Shown: positions 59,242 through 64,000 of the stretch, piece after piece | How positions within the stretch are numbered: the first letter of the stretch is position 1 | Layout: each line of letters opens with the position of its first letter | Source: Marsupella aquatica | Lineage: Eukaryota > Plantae > Marchantiophyta | Reading direction: 5' to 3' | Length of the DNA stretch: 64,000 nt | NCBI GenBank assembly: GCA_973895155.1 | Contig: OZ316891.1 | Span: forward strand, 5,861,708-5,925,707 | The notes under the pieces: generated by a model | Seen by the model: the letters and a program-made list of their open reading frames with translations, nothing else | Database searches by the model: none | What the model was told of the DNA's origin: nothing | Translations under genes and position numbers: made by a program

Positions 59242-62200
59242 GAATGAAGGATGGAAGGGAGGGCCTAAATCTTCGTGGCAAGGGAAGCGATTTCAGGAGC
59301 AAACCTAAATCCGTTCGGTTGTTGTAGCTTGAGCTTTAAATGCAATGTGGCTGATTCTTTGGCAATGCTGCCTCGCCTGAATGGAGGTAACTCTAATGCT
59401 ACGAAGCAAAGCGTAGCATTTGCGCAAGAGAACTGTAATCAACCACACTTGTTGTGAAAACTGTACTGTATACTACTGATCCTTGTATAATAGATTAAGT
59501 TAACATTTTGAACATCACACTTGTTACGTCACAGCAGTGGTAACGTAGAGTCCTGCACCTGTCTGCCTTGTTGTTAGAACCTTTTACTAGGTTCTAATTT
59601 TAAGTGTTCTTGCGTCAACTGTTCTTTGGGATACACATGTTGGCTTGTGTCTCTTCTATTTCCTTGATTGCAGTACTGTGTTGTCCTATCTTTAGGAGGT
59701 GAATTAAATCAAGTAAGGCGAGACCTTTATTTGCTTGATTTTAGACCGAATATTTTCTATTGCAGTCGGTATGAAACCGTTGAAGGAAATAGCTATATGA
59801 AGCAAAGCGGCGGTTATGAGTTATGAGTGTGCTCACTTGCTCATGTGTAACTCATTCAGCAAATCCACTTCTCTGGAGACTCAAGCTGGTGTCCTAGAAA
59901 TGTATTCAACTACTGCTGGACCACAATTCAGTTCACAGTTTCAAGTAGCCATGGTCGATTTCAAGTGCTCCATGTTTGGTCTATGTTTCGTTAAATGATG
60001 GGCTTTCTTGTGGTTGTGTGGTCCGCATTGAAATGAGGATGGGTTCTAAGCTTGGCTTACGTTGTACGTCTAATGTTGAGCGTGATCCCCCGTGAAGTTC
60101 AAGGTATTCTAGTCGTTTTTGTAGATGTCGTTGGGTTCCCTTCTTAACCTCAATGGACTTCAACCAGAATGGACGATATGGGTCTCTCAATTTTCGTCGT
60201 CGAATTATCAATTAGGAACAAGACTTCTTTTCGTGGGCGAATTCTGTTTTCCAAGGTAATCCTAAACACAATTGCTGTATTTTTCCGCTTGTGTATTTCG
60301 AGACCTGGGTGAATGTGACATACATCCGAGCTCAATGGACGTGAGATAATGCCAAAGCAAATGTAAACTTATAGAGTTGGCTGCCGTTTAGAATCCACTT
60401 TGAGAATTGGACAGATTGTGAAATTCTTTTCCTTTGAAAGATTTTTGTCCAGAATTTCGATCGTTTCTAATCCTGCTAATCGACCATAACATGTCATCTC
60501 TTCTTAATTATCCAGGGTCGGAACCTCGAGTTGTCCGTGATACAGGTCAACCTGGCTTTGTCTACAGACGAACTGGAGAGAGTATTGGCTTATAGGGTTC
60601 ACGATCTCATGCTTCTGGGTTTTCACGATTTGCCCATCTTGAGCTTTGGTCTGGTCCTTGCATCATCTAGACGCACACTATCTCAAGGACAATACATCCA
60701 ATTTTGCCTCATCGTTCAAATTTTCAAGATAATGTGGCCAAGTTTCCAAAATCTATGTACTCCCTTCTCTATCAATGCAAGATTTCCCTTCAATGCTAAT
60801 CTTCTCCTATCGAGTTTCATTGTTTCATATAAGGCGACGCCATAATGTGCGAACTAAACAAGGATATCTATAGCGAAGAGGTCAGTATTTCCATATCCCC
60901 TCACATGTAAGGCCTCTACAATTGGGAGCCAAGCTCGTGTGAAATTCGTTCTTAATATTTCTCAACTTAGGGTATCTTGCACTTTTCAAAGGCACATCGT
61001 CGATTGTTGGTGTACCATATGCGGGACATGCGTCTAGCTATCAATGACATTCACCATTGGAGGTTCATTTAGAGCTCTGATTCCAGTCGACGTTTATTGA
61101 TGTTCAGCTCTATTGGCTTATCTATCAAGCTAATTTTCTGGCCCTAAACCAGTAAGATGGAGAATAAAATTGAGCTAAAATTTGCCATCAACGTTGTAGT
61201 TGTCTATAAAGGTATATCGTGAAGAATGACGAGTGTCCTAGGACGGAATTGGGTTGGCTACCTCCCTCAAATAGAGTAAATAGCGCTCAGTCTGTCACTT
61301 GAGTAAGAGATGAGAAACCTATGACAGAGCACGGATCAAGGCTGAATGGCGGAGGATGGGCGTTCAGAGGGATGGGAATCCCTTAAAAGAGTCGTCTTAC
61401 TGAGGGCAGATATGGAAATCCCACAACGAAGAACGGTCAAGGCCAAGAGAGTCTTCTTATGGCAAATTGTCTACCAGATAATGGATCAGGCAGACAGGGG
61501 GCCAGGTAGAAGCAACCTTTCGTCGAGATGTATCTGCCAAAACAACCTGAGGTGATTTGAGATAAAAGAGGAACAGACGTTTAACTTCCAACATCACAAC
61601 CTTCCTTCTAAAGAGATGTAGAAGATGAAGTGATTGATGTACAGTAAATGTAAGGCACAGCACTAACCACTTCTGCAACACAATGAAGCCTGTTGGAAGC
61701 AGATCCTTTGTCACAAGACGTACCAGTGAATAGTATGCCTCTTGGGATCTTCTCATGCCATAAAAGCATTGAAAGGTGAAGTACTCAAAAACTGCGGATG
61801 CATTGTGACCATTGAGATCTTTAAAATCGCATTGCACCCCTTGAACACATCAATTCCATGCCTCATGGTTCTCCTTTTCAAAGTGGACAGTCACAGGTCT
61901 TCTACTCTCATGTCTTCTTCGACCACAAGTGAGAGCAATGGAATGGAGTGCTTATATTTATGTGAGGCACAAAGCAGATTATAACCTACTTGATTGTAAC
62001 CTAATTGATGCTTGAAGATAATCTAAACACCGTGCCTCTGAGTACAGCCAATTTAAACAAGCACAGCTTTTAGGGCAAAAACCTTTATCAGTAAAGTTGA
62101 TTCAGTCATTACCCAAATGCTTCTGGGGATGCAACTATATTGGATCTGAAACTCTTGTGAACGAGACAATCATTTTTGCAAACCACAAGTAAAATTCACA

Positions 62201-64000
62201 ATGGCAAATGAGCCAGCTCTAGTCCAACATATTTGGGGAAGGTGTGAATTTTTGCACTGCAAGGATGACACTTGGATACAAATGCAATTCAGGCAATGCC
62301 CCTGAGGTAACTTCATTGAGAATGCTGACACCCCAGAGTGCTTAACTTCTACATGGAATATTACAAATCTACTCTGAACAAACACTGCATTGGTTATTGT
62401 TACTTTCATGGTTGCCAGCAGGTGAATAGTTAACATTTTAGTTAAGCTTAGAGCGTCTAGGTCTGGATCAATACCTGCAAAACATCCCTACATCCCTACA
62501 TAATGTTCTATGACTGAACACCATGCCGCATGTGACCCAAAAACCTAAGTGAGTCATTACAGAGATTATTTAAGAGACAAAAGGGGAGGTCAACCATCAC
62601 ACTCATGATCTTCTCTGCTTCTATAATCTAATTTATTTGTATATGTATCTAGATCTACTACAGAAAGTAGTAAAATTCAACTCTGTTCAGTCCTCAAAAT
62701 ACTCACCCCCATCAAATGTTAAATCAATCTGCAATTTTGATAGAACCAACCTTTCACCTCTAACACTGCATTTGCAAGGTCAAACCGAAGTACAGAAAAT
62801 GCATGATGTGCTCACCAGATCCTTTTAATACACACGGCACTCAAGCATTCATTGATTGATGCCCTTGATTGTCTCTTTAGTACGTCTCAAATAATATTCG
62901 TTGATATAATTTTGGTTATCGTCATAGAGGTTGCCATACCTATTGAATCGAAGGAATTGCAGAAACTTATATAAATCAATCTCTGCTGATGGTAAAGAAC
63001 TCCTTTGAACAACATTGAAAGGTTAGAACATAAGTTGTTGTGATCTATTTATTTTACCCTTAGAATTGTTTGTTTTATTTATCCTTTTCCCCCCTAGTCT
63101 ATGGCCTACTTTTGATATGCCGTATACTTTTAATCCTAAACCTATGGTGGGTCTCTTCACAGGATTGACTAAGTTTCAATTTTCTGATGATTATCGTTTT
63201 GCATAAACATTCAGCTTATCCACATTACACAGCTTACTTTTGTGGGGCATATCAGTCCACTTAATCAGATTATGGTTGTTTATAACTCTAAACCTAAACT
63301 GGACATGAAGTGTGTACAATTAAATAAATTATAATTCACTGGATTGGGTTTCATTAAGTAACTTTAGTGAGGCTAATTAAATCATTATATACAATTGCAT
63401 TATGAAATGGATTCAGAAAGGAAGTTGGTGATCATTTCTGTGAGATAATATGCCCTTCTCTACAAGGATCTTATTGGTGGTTTGAACACATCTTTTAGCC
63501 AAACTCCCCGAAGACTCAAATGATTGGAACGAAACCAATGTTATATTTATTATTCAGAATATCATTGCAACTAGAAGTATCTTCTTGACATGTATACTAA
63601 AACCTATCTTCATTTACTTGAGTTTACAATACAACTGTGCGGTCTTTAAATAGGTGCTGAGAAAGTGCCGAGAACACTCAGCCGTTTGGCTGTTCCTACA
63701 TCTGTTAAACATTTTACAGAATAAGGGCCTTCTCATTTCGCTTCTCGAGCTGTAGCCTCGTTTTGGTGAGCTCCCTTTTGCCACTAAATCATTTTTTGTA
63801 TGGTGTGCACTTGATTTTTGCAAACTAACACAACTCTACTCCTAACACTCAGCGCGCTGCAGTAAATGATGCTTTTCTATGTTTAAGTACTCAATGCAAG
63901 ATCAGTCAAACACACTTTCATAGAATTTCTGGGGTTTGAAAATCTCAAGTTGGGTTTTTTAGACGAGTTTTCATATCCGAAGTCCCTATCTATGTCATTA

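Noticed and set aside
59800-64000. Short ORFs in the last 4 kb
   Set aside because: No domain, repeat structure or convincing exon chain was found.
1-64000. Whole window as fungal or prokaryotic DNA
   Set aside because: The plant-type GDSL, CID, tau-like GST and DHRS12-like genes, long GT-AG introns and low gene density indicate a plant host.

Overview
AT-rich eukaryotic DNA from a land plant, probably a bryophyte such as a liverwort. The lineage is inferred from gene content and intron structure and cannot be proven here. There are three intron-containing plant genes whose exons I reconstructed by hand: a membrane-anchored DnaJ-domain gene, a 5-exon GDSL esterase/lipase and a 10-exon DHRS12-like short-chain dehydrogenase. 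Two plant-type genes lack introns: a tau-like GST and a PAM2/2xRRM CID-family gene with a greatly repeat-expanded N-terminus. The most notable content is intronless genes that look fungal. One is a FucP-type L-fucose:H+ MFS permease present twice, head-to-head, in a ~14.5 kb inverted duplication; one copy is intact and the other carries a 13-bp microhomology deletion. The other is a GC-rich YCII-domain gene with a lower-GC, presequence-like N-terminal extension. Both are candidate fungus-to-plant horizontal transfers. Mobile DNA includes a degenerate Ty3/Gypsy integrase carrying a C-terminal PHD finger, a Copia 3' remnant, a MITE family with 8-bp target-site duplications, palindromic mini-elements and many short tandem duplications. 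No rRNA, tRNA or CRISPR array was seen.
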